A stretch of DNA of 64,000 bases from Vicinamibacterales bacterium (GCA_963811435.1 CAWERD010000006.1:1627967-1691966); one strand, 5' to 3'. Numbered from the stretch's first letter, positions 52,090 to 60,913 are shown. Program-made: numbers and translations. Notes: generated by a model not told the origin, from the letters alone.

Positions 52090-52947
52090 ATGCTGGTGAA
52101 AACGCTTCTCCTCGCTGCAGCCTTTGCCCAGGCTCCAAGCCCGCAAACCGATTGCGCCGCAGCGATGGCACGCGGCATGTCGACGGCAACAACACAGGTG
52201 TGCCGGGCGGAAGCGGAGCTCGCTCGCGCCGAATCAGTTCCCAAGGGCGGCCAGGAGTGGCGGCGACTTGTGGAAGCGGCTGCGACCCTCTACAAGAGCA
52301 GCCTTGGATTGCCAGCCGATGAGGTCGTGAAAAGCACCGCCATCGAACGCCTGCTCGTAATCTTTGATGCGCCCGTGCTGAACAACCAGGCAGAGATGCT
52401 GGCGACCTTCGGCCAGTTGATGGCGCTGAGGCCGACTGAGGTCGATCCCTTGTTCCGCCTCGCAAAATATCAGGAGGCGCAGGTGTCCGCGGAGTCCGCC
52501 GAGGAAACACTGCTGTCCGCCCGACGACTCCAGCCGGGGGAAATCAGAACGTTCCAGATGCTCGCGCAGTTTTACGCGCGGCGTGCCGGCGCCATGCATG
52601 CGAGCGCGCGGAAGCAGGAGGTTCAGGAACAGACGGTGCCGGGCTCGCCCGACCGAAACGGCGTCTATCAGGTTGGCGGCGGCGTCACGCCTCCAAGGCG
52701 ATTCGGCAATCCTGTCTATCCCACCGAAGCTACAGCGGCCGGCATCGACGGCCTGGTCTCTGCCGAAATCACCGTCAACGAACAGGGCGTCGTCACCGAT
52801 GCGCGGGTATTGAACTCAAACCCAGTGCTCGACGAAGCGGCGCTGAAAGCCGTCCGCGAATGGCGCTACGACCCCACGATCGTCGACGGCAAAGCCGTGC
52901 CGGTGAAGATGACCGTCACGGTCAACTTCAGCCTCAATCGGCGCTAG
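52090..52947 (+). CDS. TonB C-terminal domain protein with helical/TPR-like N-terminal region
   Basis: ORF 52063..52947 (ATG 52090 gives the signal MLVKTLLLAAAFAQA). C-terminal VTPPRRFGNPVYPTEATAAGIDGLVSAEITVNEQGVVTDARVLNSNPVLDEAALKAVREWRYDPTIVDGKAVPVKMTVTVNF is a TonB_C domain. Confidence 0.8.
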   Translation: MLVKTLLLAAAFAQAPSPQTDCAAAMARGMSTATTQVCRAEAELARAESVPKGGQEWRRLVEAAATLYKSSLGLPADEVVKSTAIERLLVIFDAPVLNNQAEMLATFGQLMALRPTEVDPLFRLAKYQEAQVSAESAEETLLSARRLQPGEIRTFQMLAQFYARRAGAMHASARKQEVQEQTVPGSPDRNGVYQVGGGVTPPRRFGNPVYPTEATAAGIDGLVSAEITVNEQGVVTDARVLNSNPVLDEAALKAVREWRYDPTIVDGKAVPVKMTVTVNFSLNRR

Positions 52948-52973
52948 CGTGGATCGACCAGGGGTCCCGAAAG

Positions 52974-53057
52974 ACAAACAAGAGATCAGGAGTTCAGGAA
53001 AATTCTTGGGAAAGAATTTCTCTCCGTGATCTCCTGAACTCTTGATCTCTTGTTTGT
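52974..53057. repeat. hairpin with arms of CAAGAGAT/CAGGAGTT octamers between convergent TonB-like and GIY-YIG genes
   Basis: Left arm acaaacaagagatcaggagttcaggaaaattctt. The reverse complement of the right arm is acaaacaagagatcaagagttcaggagatcacggagagaaattctt. Confidence 0.88.
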
Positions 53058-53061
53058 ATCC

Positions 53062-53346
53062 TCAGTGTCCTCCATAGACCGCATAGCCCCGCTTGCGGAG
53101 GCTCTCGGCGAGGCACGCTTCCATCTCAACGGCTTTCTTGTACGGCATCGGATTCAGGTGCGCGTAAAGCTTGGGCACGAGCCGCACCCCGTGCTTCTTG
53201 ACCACACGCGCGGCCTTCACGCCGTTCTTGTGATTGAGAAATCGGTCTTCGGGTGTCAAACCGGTCATGCCGACGTAGTAGGCCGCCCGGCCATCGCCCT
53301 TCGGGTTCCGCAAGTACACGACATAAACAGAATGATGATCGGCCAC
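53062..53346 (-). CDS. GIY-YIG nuclease domain protein (stand-alone, 94 aa)
   Basis: VYVVYLRNPKGDGRAAYYVGMTGLTPEDRFLNHKNG fits the GIY...YIG...R..H/N pattern. A conserved Glu-containing helix (AVEMEACLAESL) follows. Confidence 0.72.
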   Translation of the reverse strand: MADHHSVYVVYLRNPKGDGRAAYYVGMTGLTPEDRFLNHKNGVKAARVVKKHGVRLVPKLYAHLNPMPYKKAVEMEACLAESLRKRGYAVYGGH

Positions 53347-53353
53347 GCCTGCG

Positions 53354-54199
53354 TTATCGGGTGCTCTCCCGCTTTCGGGAATTTAGTACGTAGTCGGTGA
53401 AATCGCAAACCGGCCGGTACCCGATCCGCTCGTAGATGCGGTTGGCCGTCTGGTTCGCCAGATCCGTATAGAGACAACAGAACGCGAGACCATCGTCGAG
53501 CAGGAATTGAGTGAGTCGCGCGACACAGGCCGATGCGTATCCGCGGCCCCGATCGTCGGGCGGCGTGTAGACGAGATTCACGCGGACGCCTCGAGCCGTG
53601 CGGCCGACCCACCCTGCCATCGATACGGGCTTGCCGTCGTCCCAGACATAAAGACTGCGGGTCGCGATGCGATGCTGCGCGTGCCTGGCAGCGTCGGTCG
53701 GGTCACCAGGTATGGCCTCCTTGATAAAAGCAGCACACCACTTCATCGCCGTCGCAAGATCGCTTTCGTCTGCGAGGCGGAAGTGGCCGTCTGGCATTGT
53801 GCGTGGCTGGTGCACTTCACGTGCTTCGAACAGCCGTTGCCTCATGCCCTGGACCGACGGGATTCCTGTGCGTATTGCCCACAATGCCGCAAAGTCCGAT
53901 ACGTCAGGCTCGGGCCCGACAACCTGTGGCAGGTCCGGATATCTGGCCGCAAGATCTTCGACGAGGCACGCGACGGCCGCGCGGGTGCCTCTGCTGATCA
54001 CCGCCTTGTAGGGGGGCCTTCGGACGGCGCAGGCAACCACCGCTCCCCCATCCTCAACAGTGGCGAGGTACCCCTCGTCGAGCGTGGGCGCAAGGGCGCC
54101 GACGCTCAGCAGCAGGTTGTGCTCGGCCTCCGATTGGAGAAGGAACGGGTTGGCGCGCTCGAGGAATGCGGCCGGGTCGCGAAATCGGGTGATCCGCAT
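53354..54199 (-). CDS. GNAT family N-acetyltransferase (two-domain)
   Basis: ORF 53354..54217 (ATG 54199: MRITRFRDPAAFLERANPFLL...). C-terminal acetyl-CoA motif YTPPDDRGRGYASACVARL. 7 nt upstream of the GIY-YIG gene. Confidence 0.8.
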   Translation of the reverse strand: MRITRFRDPAAFLERANPFLLQSEAEHNLLLSVGALAPTLDEGYLATVEDGGAVVACAVRRPPYKAVISRGTRAAVACLVEDLAARYPDLPQVVGPEPDVSDFAALWAIRTGIPSVQGMRQRLFEAREVHQPRTMPDGHFRLADESDLATAMKWCAAFIKEAIPGDPTDAARHAQHRIATRSLYVWDDGKPVSMAGWVGRTARGVRVNLVYTPPDDRGRGYASACVARLTQFLLDDGLAFCCLYTDLANQTANRIYERIGYRPVCDFTDYVLNSRKRESTR

Positions 54200-54265
54200 A
54201 GTGAACCGGCAGGGCACCTATGGCGTCCTGCGTAGTGACGTGAGTATATTGGCGCTGAGTCCCGG

Positions 54266-54829
54266 ATGCAGGAATACGTTGACCGCCTTCCGGACAGCCT
54301 GAGGGCTGTGGCCGACGAGCTCGACCGCGAATTCGAGCAGTTGCTCGTCGAATCGTCTTCGCTCGCCTTCCGCGTTGCCTACGGCGTGCTGCGGCAACGC
54401 GAAGATGCCGAAGATATCGCGCAGGAAGCGTTCATCAAGGCACATCGCAACTTCCGTCGCCTGCGCGAACGCGCCAGCTTCCGATCCTGGCTCGTGCGGC
54501 TCACATGGCGGCTGGCCATCGATCGCCAGCGCGCCAACCGCCGCCGCGTGAACCGCGACACCGAGCACAGCCGGTGTTTGCCAGACGTCGAACGTTCCGA
54601 TCCCGCGATTGTGAATGAGCGTTCGGTGATGCTCTGGCAGGCCATCGATGCGCTCCCCGACAAGCTGCGGCTGGCGATCGTGCTGAGCGGGATTGAAGGC
54701 CACGACGTGCGAGAAATCGCGAGCCTTCTCGGAGTACCAGAAGGCACCGTCAAGTCGCGGCTGTTTCTTGCACGGCAGAAGATGAAAGAGAGTCTGAAAT
54801 GGATGATGCCGATCTCGACCGATCGTTGA
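54266..54829 (+). CDS. ECF-type RNA polymerase sigma-70 factor
   Basis: Region 2 (DAEDIAQEAFIKAHRNFRRL...FRSWLVRLTWRLAIDRQR) and region 4 (LPDKLRLAIVLSGIEGHDVREIASLLGVPEGTVKSRLFLARQKM). Confidence 0.9.
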   Translation: MQEYVDRLPDSLRAVADELDREFEQLLVESSSLAFRVAYGVLRQREDAEDIAQEAFIKAHRNFRRLRERASFRSWLVRLTWRLAIDRQRANRRRVNRDTEHSRCLPDVERSDPAIVNERSVMLWQAIDALPDKLRLAIVLSGIEGHDVREIASLLGVPEGTVKSRLFLARQKMKESLKWMMPISTDR

Positions 54830-55317
54830 AAGCCGCGCTCGCGGTGTCGCCTTCGCCGGAATTCGTGGCGCGAGTGCGGTCGAAGATCGCGCACGCGGAG
54901 CCCGCTCCTGTTTTCGGATGGCTTAAGCCGGTCGTCGTCGCGGTATGCCTTGCAGCCACCGTCATTGCGGCCACTTTCAGGTCTACGCCCATTGAAACAT
55001 CCTCTCCCGTGACGACTTTAGCGAGTCGCCGAATAGTCAACATGGGTCAGGCGCCCTACATCGCGTCATCGCGTCCCGTGTCGCCGTCGGCATTTCCCAA
55101 CTCCGCAACGCCGCACCGTGAACGTGAAGTGCCCGAAGTGCTCATTGCGCCGGATTCCCGGCTCGCATTTCAGCAGCTCATCGAGAGCGCGGTCGAGCGA
55201 CGGTTCGAAGCCACGTTCGACGAAACTCCGGTATCGACACCCTGGACGATGACCGAACTGACCGTAACGCCGCTCACGATCGAACCGCTGAACCCGCCGG
55301 CCGCACAGATCAACTGA
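54799..55317 (+). CDS. putative anti-sigma factor (single-pass membrane protein)
   Basis: Overlaps the sigma gene 3' end. Short cytoplasmic N-terminus, one TM (WLKPVVVAVCLAATVIAATF) and a periplasmic tail. The call is positional inference only. Confidence 0.5.
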   Translation: MDDADLDRSLKAALAVSPSPEFVARVRSKIAHAEPAPVFGWLKPVVVAVCLAATVIAATFRSTPIETSSPVTTLASRRIVNMGQAPYIASSRPVSPSAFPNSATPHREREVPEVLIAPDSRLAFQQLIESAVERRFEATFDETPVSTPWTMTELTVTPLTIEPLNPPAAQIN

Positions 55318-55327
55318 GGAGACCAAA

Positions 55328-55939
55328 GTGAAGCCACACTTTTCCATCATCGGCGTCGTGCTGGTTGCGTTGACGGTGCAAACGTTAGCCCGCGCACAGG
55401 AACCTGCTCCGGCATCGAAGCCCGGTACAGAAAAGCCCGTTCCGGTACCTGCGCCTGCGTCCGCAGCCCAGCAACGGATTCAGACCATGGTGCCATTGAG
55501 GGTCAATGTCGTGATTTCGAAATACCAGAACGACAAAAAGCTCAGCTCTCTGCCCTATTCAATTTCCGTCAATTCAAACAACCAGCGCGTCAGCATGCGC
55601 ATGGGTGCCCAGGTCCCGTATGCCACGTCGACCGCGTCCGAAGGCAAGCCGGTGCCAGGCTATTCATACAGAGATGTCGGCGTCAGAATCGACGCACAGG
55701 TCTCTATTCACGAACCTGGCATCTATCGGCTCGACCTCGGCGTGGAAGATACGTCCATCTCGACAAGCAATCAGATCCAAGGCGCACCCTCGATCACGGC
55801 TGTACCGGTTTTCAAGAACTTCAGCGCGCAGAACACGGTCATGCTGAAAGATGGTCAGACGACCCAGTTGATGACCGCCGCCGATCCGATCACCGGAGAG
55901 ACGATGCGCATCGATGTGACGCTCACGGTGGCGAAGTAA
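55328..55939 (+). CDS. secreted beta-rich hypothetical protein, third gene of ECF module
   Basis: Signal peptide MKPHFSIIGVVLVALTVQTLARAQ, then a Pro-rich spacer and alternating-polarity strands. No named domain recognised. Confidence 0.65.
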   Translation: MKPHFSIIGVVLVALTVQTLARAQEPAPASKPGTEKPVPVPAPASAAQQRIQTMVPLRVNVVISKYQNDKKLSSLPYSISVNSNNQRVSMRMGAQVPYATSTASEGKPVPGYSYRDVGVRIDAQVSIHEPGIYRLDLGVEDTSISTSNQIQGAPSITAVPVFKNFSAQNTVMLKDGQTTQLMTAADPITGETMRIDVTLTVAK

Positions 55940-56061
55940 CGACCACTTTGAAATTGTCATAACAATCTTGATATTGCGTTCGCGTCATACGCGGCGAACG
56001 AGACGAAATTTCGCAGAATTTCGCATGGCATGGGAGTGGCAGAAACGGTCTGCACATAACC

Positions 56062-56313
56062 ATGAAACTCATCGTCGTCGATCGCAACAAGCTTCAAACC
56101 TTTCAAAGGCTCACTTGCCAGTTCGCCGGAGCGCGCGATGTGAAGGTCGTACTTGACCGCCGGGTGAACCAGATTCGTAAGCGGAAAGTGGCCGGACATT
56201 ATCCAGAGCGCCGAGAGAGCGAACGCCGCCGACTCGTCAAGAGCTGGCAGGGGCGAGACTACATCGTCGTGCACCTTGCGAGCGCGCCAGGCACGCCGCC
56301 ACCCACGCGATAA
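56062..56313 (+). CDS. small Arg-rich hypothetical protein
   Basis: 83 aa: MKLIVVDRNKLQTFQRLTCQFAGARDVKVVLDRRVNQIRKRKVAGHYPERRESERRRL... Third-position G/C bias favours this frame over the overlapping minus ORF 55957..56319. Confidence 0.45.
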   Translation: MKLIVVDRNKLQTFQRLTCQFAGARDVKVVLDRRVNQIRKRKVAGHYPERRESERRRLVKSWQGRDYIVVHLASAPGTPPPTR

Positions 56314-56342
56314 CGACAACAGTGGACTCTTGACCCGAGACC

Positions 56343-56852
56343 ATGGACGATATGGCCATGGACGACGTGTCGCGCGCGTTTCTGGATAAGTCCCGAAGAC
56401 TGCTGTTGTCAGATTACGTACCGAAGATTGAGCGCTGCCTCGATCGATTGACTGCCCACGACATTTGGTGGCGACCCAACGAGGCCTCGAACAGCATCGG
56501 CAATCTGATTCTGCATCTCTGCGGCAACGTGACGATGTGGATTCTGGGTGGTGTGGGTGAATTGCCGTTCGAGCGGCACCGTCAGCTCGAGTTCGACGAG
56601 CGGCGCGAGATCCCGGCTTCCGACCTTCGTGGGCGACTCACTGATGTCATGCGCCAGGCTGACGAGGTGTTGGGGGCCGTCGACGGAAACCAGCTACTGA
56701 GCCGGCGGAAGATCCAAGATTATGACGTGACCGTTCTCGAGGCGATTTATCACGTCGTCGAGCACTTCGGCATGCATACAGGACAGATCATCCTGCTGAC
56801 CAAGGCCCGGGCCGGCCAGGACCTCAGCCTTTGGGAGCCCGCCGATCCTTAG
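56343..56852 (+). CDS. DinB superfamily protein (DUF1572-like)
   Basis: ...NSIGNLILHLCGNVTMWI... and ...AIYHVVEHFGMHTGQIILL... His-containing helices are typical of DinB/DUF1572. Confidence 0.8.
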   Translation: MDDMAMDDVSRAFLDKSRRLLLSDYVPKIERCLDRLTAHDIWWRPNEASNSIGNLILHLCGNVTMWILGGVGELPFERHRQLEFDERREIPASDLRGRLTDVMRQADEVLGAVDGNQLLSRRKIQDYDVTVLEAIYHVVEHFGMHTGQIILLTKARAGQDLSLWEPADP

Positions 56853-57060
56853 GCCGCATCTCGCGCACGTCGACGCGTTCTTCGACCTCGACCAGGCCGC
56901 CCAGCCTGTTTTCAACGTTATATTCGTGGATCTCGAGGGGCTGGATGACGACAACGCCACCTTCCATCTGGCGCTCGATCATGTCGATTTCCGTGTCCCG
57001 GCCGCTCTGTAACGGCGCTTTCAAGAAGATCATCACGTTCTCGATGTACGAAAGTTGCAA
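56824..57060 (-). CDS. small acidic hypothetical protein downstream of dinB
   Basis: 78 aa starting 20 nt after the dinB stop on the same strand, with good GC3 bias. No domain recognised. Its 3' end overlaps the convergent DUF1572 gene by 29 nt. Confidence 0.4.
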   Translation of the reverse strand: MQLSYIENVMIFLKAPLQSGRDTEIDMIERQMEGGVVVIQPLEIHEYNVENRLGGLVEVEERVDVREMRPKDRRAPKG

Positions 57061-57079
57061 TCAACACGCCAGAATTCGC

Positions 57080-58153
57080 TTACTCAGAAAACGGGAGCCA
57101 GTCATCAGACTCTGTCTTCGGTCCAACCGCCGTACAAAGATTGTGTACGCTCACCCCTAGAAGCCGAATGGGCCGTTGCCCGGCCGAGGTTTTTTCCAGA
57201 AGCTGCAAGGCACGCGCAGACAATCCTGACCCGTCGCGAGTGGCGGCATCCGTGTGGCTGCGCGTGATTGTCGTGAAATCAGAGTAGCGGACCTTGATCG
57301 TCACGGTTCGGGCCAGCAGTTCCTTGCGCTCGAGCCACGCTACGGCGTGGCGGGCCATCTCATCGATTTCACGCCGGATCGTCTCGAGGTCGGTGAGGTC
57401 TTCGGCATACGTGTTCTCCGAGCCCGAGGATTTCGGCTCGTGATGAGCGACGACGGGCCGATCGTCGATGCCGTTCGCGAGCTGCCGCAACCAATCGGCC
57501 ATGCTGCCGACCGCCTCGCGCAGCACACCTTCGTCGATGACCCGGACATCGACGAGACGGCTGATGCCACGTCCACGCAGCTTTCTGGCCGTCACGGGCC
57601 CCACGCCCCACAGCGCATCGACCGGCAGCTGCTGAAGAAACGGCTCCACGCGATCGGGCGCGATCACGGTGAGGCCATCGGGTTTCTTCCAGCCCGATGC
57701 GATCTTGGCGAGGAACTTGTTCGGCGCGACGCCGGCCGATGCCGTCAGCCCTGTCACGTCGCGGATGCGCTCCTTCAGCCGCTTTGCGACGCGCGTGGCG
57801 AGCGGCTCATTCCAGCTGTTCTCCGTGACGTCGAGATAGGCTTCGTCGAGCGAGAGCGGCTCAACGAGCGGCGTCACTTCGCGATAGATGTTGAAGATGG
57901 CCGTAGACGCGGACTTGTACCGCGAGAAGTCGGGAGGCACGATCACGAGCGACGGGCACAGCTTCACCGCCTGCGCCATCGGCATGGCCGAGCGCACGCC
58001 GAAGGTGCGCGCCTCGTAGCTCGCCGCCGCCACGACACCGCGGCGGTTCGGCTGACCACCAACGGCGAGCGGCTTGCCGCGCAGGCCGGGATTGTCTCGC
58101 TGTTCAACAGACGCGTAGAACGCGTCCATGTCGATGTGCAGGATGCGGCGCAT
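57080..58153 (-). CDS. dinB: DNA polymerase IV (Y-family)
   Basis: MRRILHIDMDAFYASVEQRDNPGLRGKPLAVGG..., SLDEAYLDVT and the little-finger region. 357 aa. Confidence 0.95.
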   Translation of the reverse strand: MRRILHIDMDAFYASVEQRDNPGLRGKPLAVGGQPNRRGVVAAASYEARTFGVRSAMPMAQAVKLCPSLVIVPPDFSRYKSASTAIFNIYREVTPLVEPLSLDEAYLDVTENSWNEPLATRVAKRLKERIRDVTGLTASAGVAPNKFLAKIASGWKKPDGLTVIAPDRVEPFLQQLPVDALWGVGPVTARKLRGRGISRLVDVRVIDEGVLREAVGSMADWLRQLANGIDDRPVVAHHEPKSSGSENTYAEDLTDLETIRREIDEMARHAVAWLERKELLARTVTIKVRYSDFTTITRSHTDAATRDGSGLSARALQLLEKTSAGQRPIRLLGVSVHNLCTAVGPKTESDDWLPFSE

Positions 58154-58171
58154 GGTTCACCCAAACGAGCG

Positions 58172-58670
58172 TCATTCAGCGAATGCGGCGAGCGCCTTTG
58201 CGGTCTTGATGTATTCCTCGTAACGCTGCTGGTAACGTTCGAGCTTCTGCTGCTCGACTGCCGCGAGCCGCGTACGCAGAAGCGTCGACGCCTGCCCCTG
58301 TGCGCGGTCGATTTCGTGCTGCACTTCCGCCGCCTTCAGCGCGTATTCCGCATCATGCGCCCGTTCCCATACAAGCCAGTCCGAGCTGCATCGGGCGTGC
58401 GCGGCCTTCAACTGATCCTTGGTGAATGGAAAGCCTCCGCCGGCAGCCTCATCCAGCGCTTTGAACGCTTCGGGAAACAGCTTCCGGCTCGCCTGCGCAA
58501 GCGGATACCACACGAGCAACTGTCTGGGATCCTGGAGAGTCGGCGGCAGCCGCCGGTGCGAACGTCGCCAGCAACTGCTGAATGGCCGCCTCGCGCCGCG
58601 TCCGCTGGATCTGATCGCCTATGCGCCACAGCACCAGGGCCAGAGCGGCGCCGACGACGAGCAGGGTCAT
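58172..58670 (-). pseudogene. membrane-anchored hypothetical protein, apparent frameshift near 58540
   Basis: ATG 58670 overlaps the apt stop (ATGA). MTLLVVGAALALVLWRIGDQIQRTRREAAIQQLLATFAPAAA is in one frame (ORF 58449..58889). It continues as ...LLVWYPLAQASRKLFPEAFKALDEAAGGGFPFTKDQL... in ORF 58172..58519. Confidence 0.5.
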
Positions 58671-59188
58671 GATGAATATTTGAGGACGCTGTAGATCGAC
58701 TCGTTGCCCAGCTTGCTGCGGCCGTTCAGAAACTCGAGCTCGACCAGGAACGCGAGCGACTGCACCTGCCCTCCCAGCCTGCGCACGAGAGCCGTCGTGG
58801 CGGCCGCGGTACCGCCGGTCGCAAGCACGTCGTCGATGATGAGCACACGTTGTCCGGGCTCCACGGCATCGGAGTGGATCTCGAGGCAATCGGTGCCGTA
58901 CTCAAGGTCATAGGTTTCGCGCACGGTACTGGACGGCAGCTTGCCTTTCTTCCGAACCGGCGCGAATCCTGTGCCGAGACGATCAGCGACGGCCCCGCCG
59001 AGAATGAATCCGCGGCTCTCGACGCCGACGACCAGCTCGATATTCCTTCCCTCGAACGGCTTCACAAGCGACTCGATCGTCAACTTGAAACCTTCGCGAT
59101 CGCGCAGAAGCGTCGTGATGTCGTAGAAGAGGATGCCCGCCTTCGGAAAGTCCGGCACGCTGCGAATCTTCGACTTGAGTGAGTCCAT
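58667..59188 (-). CDS. apt: adenine phosphoribosyltransferase
   Basis: 173 aa. ...IRSVPDFPKAGILFYDITTLL... and the PRPP-binding VLIIDDVLATGGTA. Confidence 0.93.
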   Translation of the reverse strand: MDSLKSKIRSVPDFPKAGILFYDITTLLRDREGFKLTIESLVKPFEGRNIELVVGVESRGFILGGAVADRLGTGFAPVRKKGKLPSSTVRETYDLEYGTDCLEIHSDAVEPGQRVLIIDDVLATGGTAAATTALVRRLGGQVQSLAFLVELEFLNGRSKLGNESIYSVLKYSS

Positions 59189-59195
59189 GTCGTGG

Positions 59196-59471
59196 TTATC
59201 CCGTCACAGTGAAACTGGCAAATCGATTCGACGCTCCGGTGTCCGTGGTCTCGACGTCGTCCACACGCGCACCGGACGGACCGCGCCGCAGGGCCATCTC
59301 GAAGCGCTGCATGGCATCGGCATCGCCTTCGGCGACCACCTCGACGCTGCCGTCATGCTGATTGCGGACGTAGCCCAAAATGCGCTCGCGACGGGCGGCG
59401 TCTTCGACGAAGAACCTGAATCCGACCCGCTGGACGCGCCCTTTCACGACATAGCGGCGCCCGATGAGCAC
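59196..59471 (-). CDS. acyP: acylphosphatase
   Basis: 91 aa. VKGRVQRVGFRFFV...GYVRNQHDGSVEVVAEG is the acylphosphatase signature. GTG start. Confidence 0.88.
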   Translation of the reverse strand: MLIGRRYVVKGRVQRVGFRFFVEDAARRERILGYVRNQHDGSVEVVAEGDADAMQRFEMALRRGPSGARVDDVETTDTGASNRFASFTVTG

Positions 59472-59498
59472 GGGAGATTATACAAGGGTGCTTGAGCT

Positions 59499-59550
59499 GG
59501 GTGCGATGGGTGCGCTAGGTGCGATGGGTGCGATGGGTGCGATAGGTGCG
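59499..59550. repeat. tandem 9-mers GGGTGCGMT x6 (same unit as 62261 array)
   Basis: gggtgcgat gggtgcgct aggtgcgat gggtgcgat gggtgcgat aggtgcg, lying 28 nt upstream of the acyP start. Confidence 0.9.
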
Positions 59551-59584
59551 AAAAAAAGGGCGCCCGGTTTTGCCGAGCGCCCCT
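59551..59584 (-). terminator. intrinsic terminator of the NHL-repeat gene
   Basis: Minus strand reads aggggcgctcggcaaaaccgggcgccc followed by ttttttt: a GC stem (gggcgc/gcgccc) plus a U-tract. Confidence 0.8.
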
Positions 59585-59593
59585 CCGACTTGA

Positions 59594-59635
59594 CTGGCAA
59601 CTGCCGTCTGCCGACTGCTGATGCTCGACTGCCGA
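59594..59635. repeat. tandem heptamers CTGCCGA-type x6
   Basis: ctggcaa ctgccgt ctgccga ctgctga tgctcga ctgccga, directly after the NHL gene stop (59636-59638). Confidence 0.8.
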
Positions 59636-60913
59636 CTAGTTGTGATTTCCCTCCGGCTTGGCGACGGCGCCCATACCCTTGAGGCTGAACTTCTGCACGC
59701 GCGCGCCCGTGTAGGTCTCGACGGTGTAGAGGTTGCCCTTGGAGTCGAGCGACACGTTGTGCGTCGCGTAGAACTGCCCCGGATAGCGGCCGCCATTGCC
59801 GATGTGATTCAGCACCTGCAGCGGTTCGCGGAGGAGCTGCCACACGCGGTGATTCGCGCCGTCGGCCACATACATCAGACGCTGCTGCGGATCCTTCGAG
59901 AACGCGATGTCGAACGTGACGCCGTCACCGAGCGTGCGCTTGGCAATCTGCGCTTCCTTGATGTACGTGCCGTCTTTGCGGAATACCTGGATGCGGTCGT
60001 TCACGCGATCGCACACATAGACGAGGCCGTCGTTCGCGAGCGACGCGCAGTGAACCGTCTGCCAGTTTTGCGACAACGGCTTCGCCGGGTCGTACGTGAC
60101 GTTCGGGTCGTCGGTTGGCGGCTTGCCGTAGGCGCCCCACATACGCTTGAAGGTGCCCTTGTCGGCGTCGTACACGATCACGCGGCGATTGCCGTAGCCG
60201 TCGGCCACGTACACCTCGTTCGCGGCCATGTCGACTTCCACTTCAGCGGGCCGGCTCAGGTTGGCCGTGTCCGTGTTGCCCTTGCTTGCACCGTTCTTGC
60301 CGATCTGCAGAAGGAACTTGCCGTCCTTCGAGAACTTCAGCACGGTGTTCCCGCCGTTGCCGGCGAGCCAGACGTTGTCTTTGCCATCGATCGTGATCCC
60401 GTGCATCGATGGCGGCCACTCGAAGCCGGTGCCCGGACCGCCCCAGTGATTGACGAGGTTGCCGGCCGGATCGAACTCCAGAACCGGCGGTGCCGACGAA
60501 CAGCAAAGGTCCGAAATCGGCTTGGCGCCGCTGGCGACTTCTTCGCCAATCGCCGCGTCACCGCGAGCGGGCGCGCCGGGCGCGCCGGCTCTTCCCGCAC
60601 GTCCGCCGCCGCCGCGAGGAGCGGCAGGCGCAAACGTCATCTGGCTCGCGAACTTCGGATCGAGCGTGGCCTGGCCGCGATGCACGACGAACACGTGATC
60701 GCGAGCGTCGACCGCAAGCCCAACGGTCGATCCCAGCACCCAGTTGTTCGGAAGCGGCTTCGGCCACATCCGATCAACTTCGTAAATACCCGCCTGCGCA
60801 CCACCGTTGCCCTGCGCCTTGGCCACGGTTTGTAGCGCGTACTGCGCGACTGCCAGCACGGCAATGACTGCCGCGATGGTGACGCCGACGTAGAAGTTTC
60901 GCGTCCGCTTCAT
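59636..60913 (-). CDS. NHL-repeat six-bladed beta-propeller protein (peptidylglycine-amidating-lyase-like)
   Basis: ORF 59636..60952 trimmed to ATG 60913 (MKRTRNFYVGVTIAAVIAVLAV signal anchor). Repeated NHL blades VYVADGYGNRRVIVYD, VYVCDRVNDRIQVF, MYVADGANHRVWQL and LYTVETYTGARVQKF. Confidence 0.85.
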   Translation of the reverse strand: MKRTRNFYVGVTIAAVIAVLAVAQYALQTVAKAQGNGGAQAGIYEVDRMWPKPLPNNWVLGSTVGLAVDARDHVFVVHRGQATLDPKFASQMTFAPAAPRGGGGRAGRAGAPGAPARGDAAIGEEVASGAKPISDLCCSSAPPVLEFDPAGNLVNHWGGPGTGFEWPPSMHGITIDGKDNVWLAGNGGNTVLKFSKDGKFLLQIGKNGASKGNTDTANLSRPAEVEVDMAANEVYVADGYGNRRVIVYDADKGTFKRMWGAYGKPPTDDPNVTYDPAKPLSQNWQTVHCASLANDGLVYVCDRVNDRIQVFRKDGTYIKEAQIAKRTLGDGVTFDIAFSKDPQQRLMYVADGANHRVWQLLREPLQVLNHIGNGGRYPGQFYATHNVSLDSKGNLYTVETYTGARVQKFSLKGMGAVAKPEGNHN

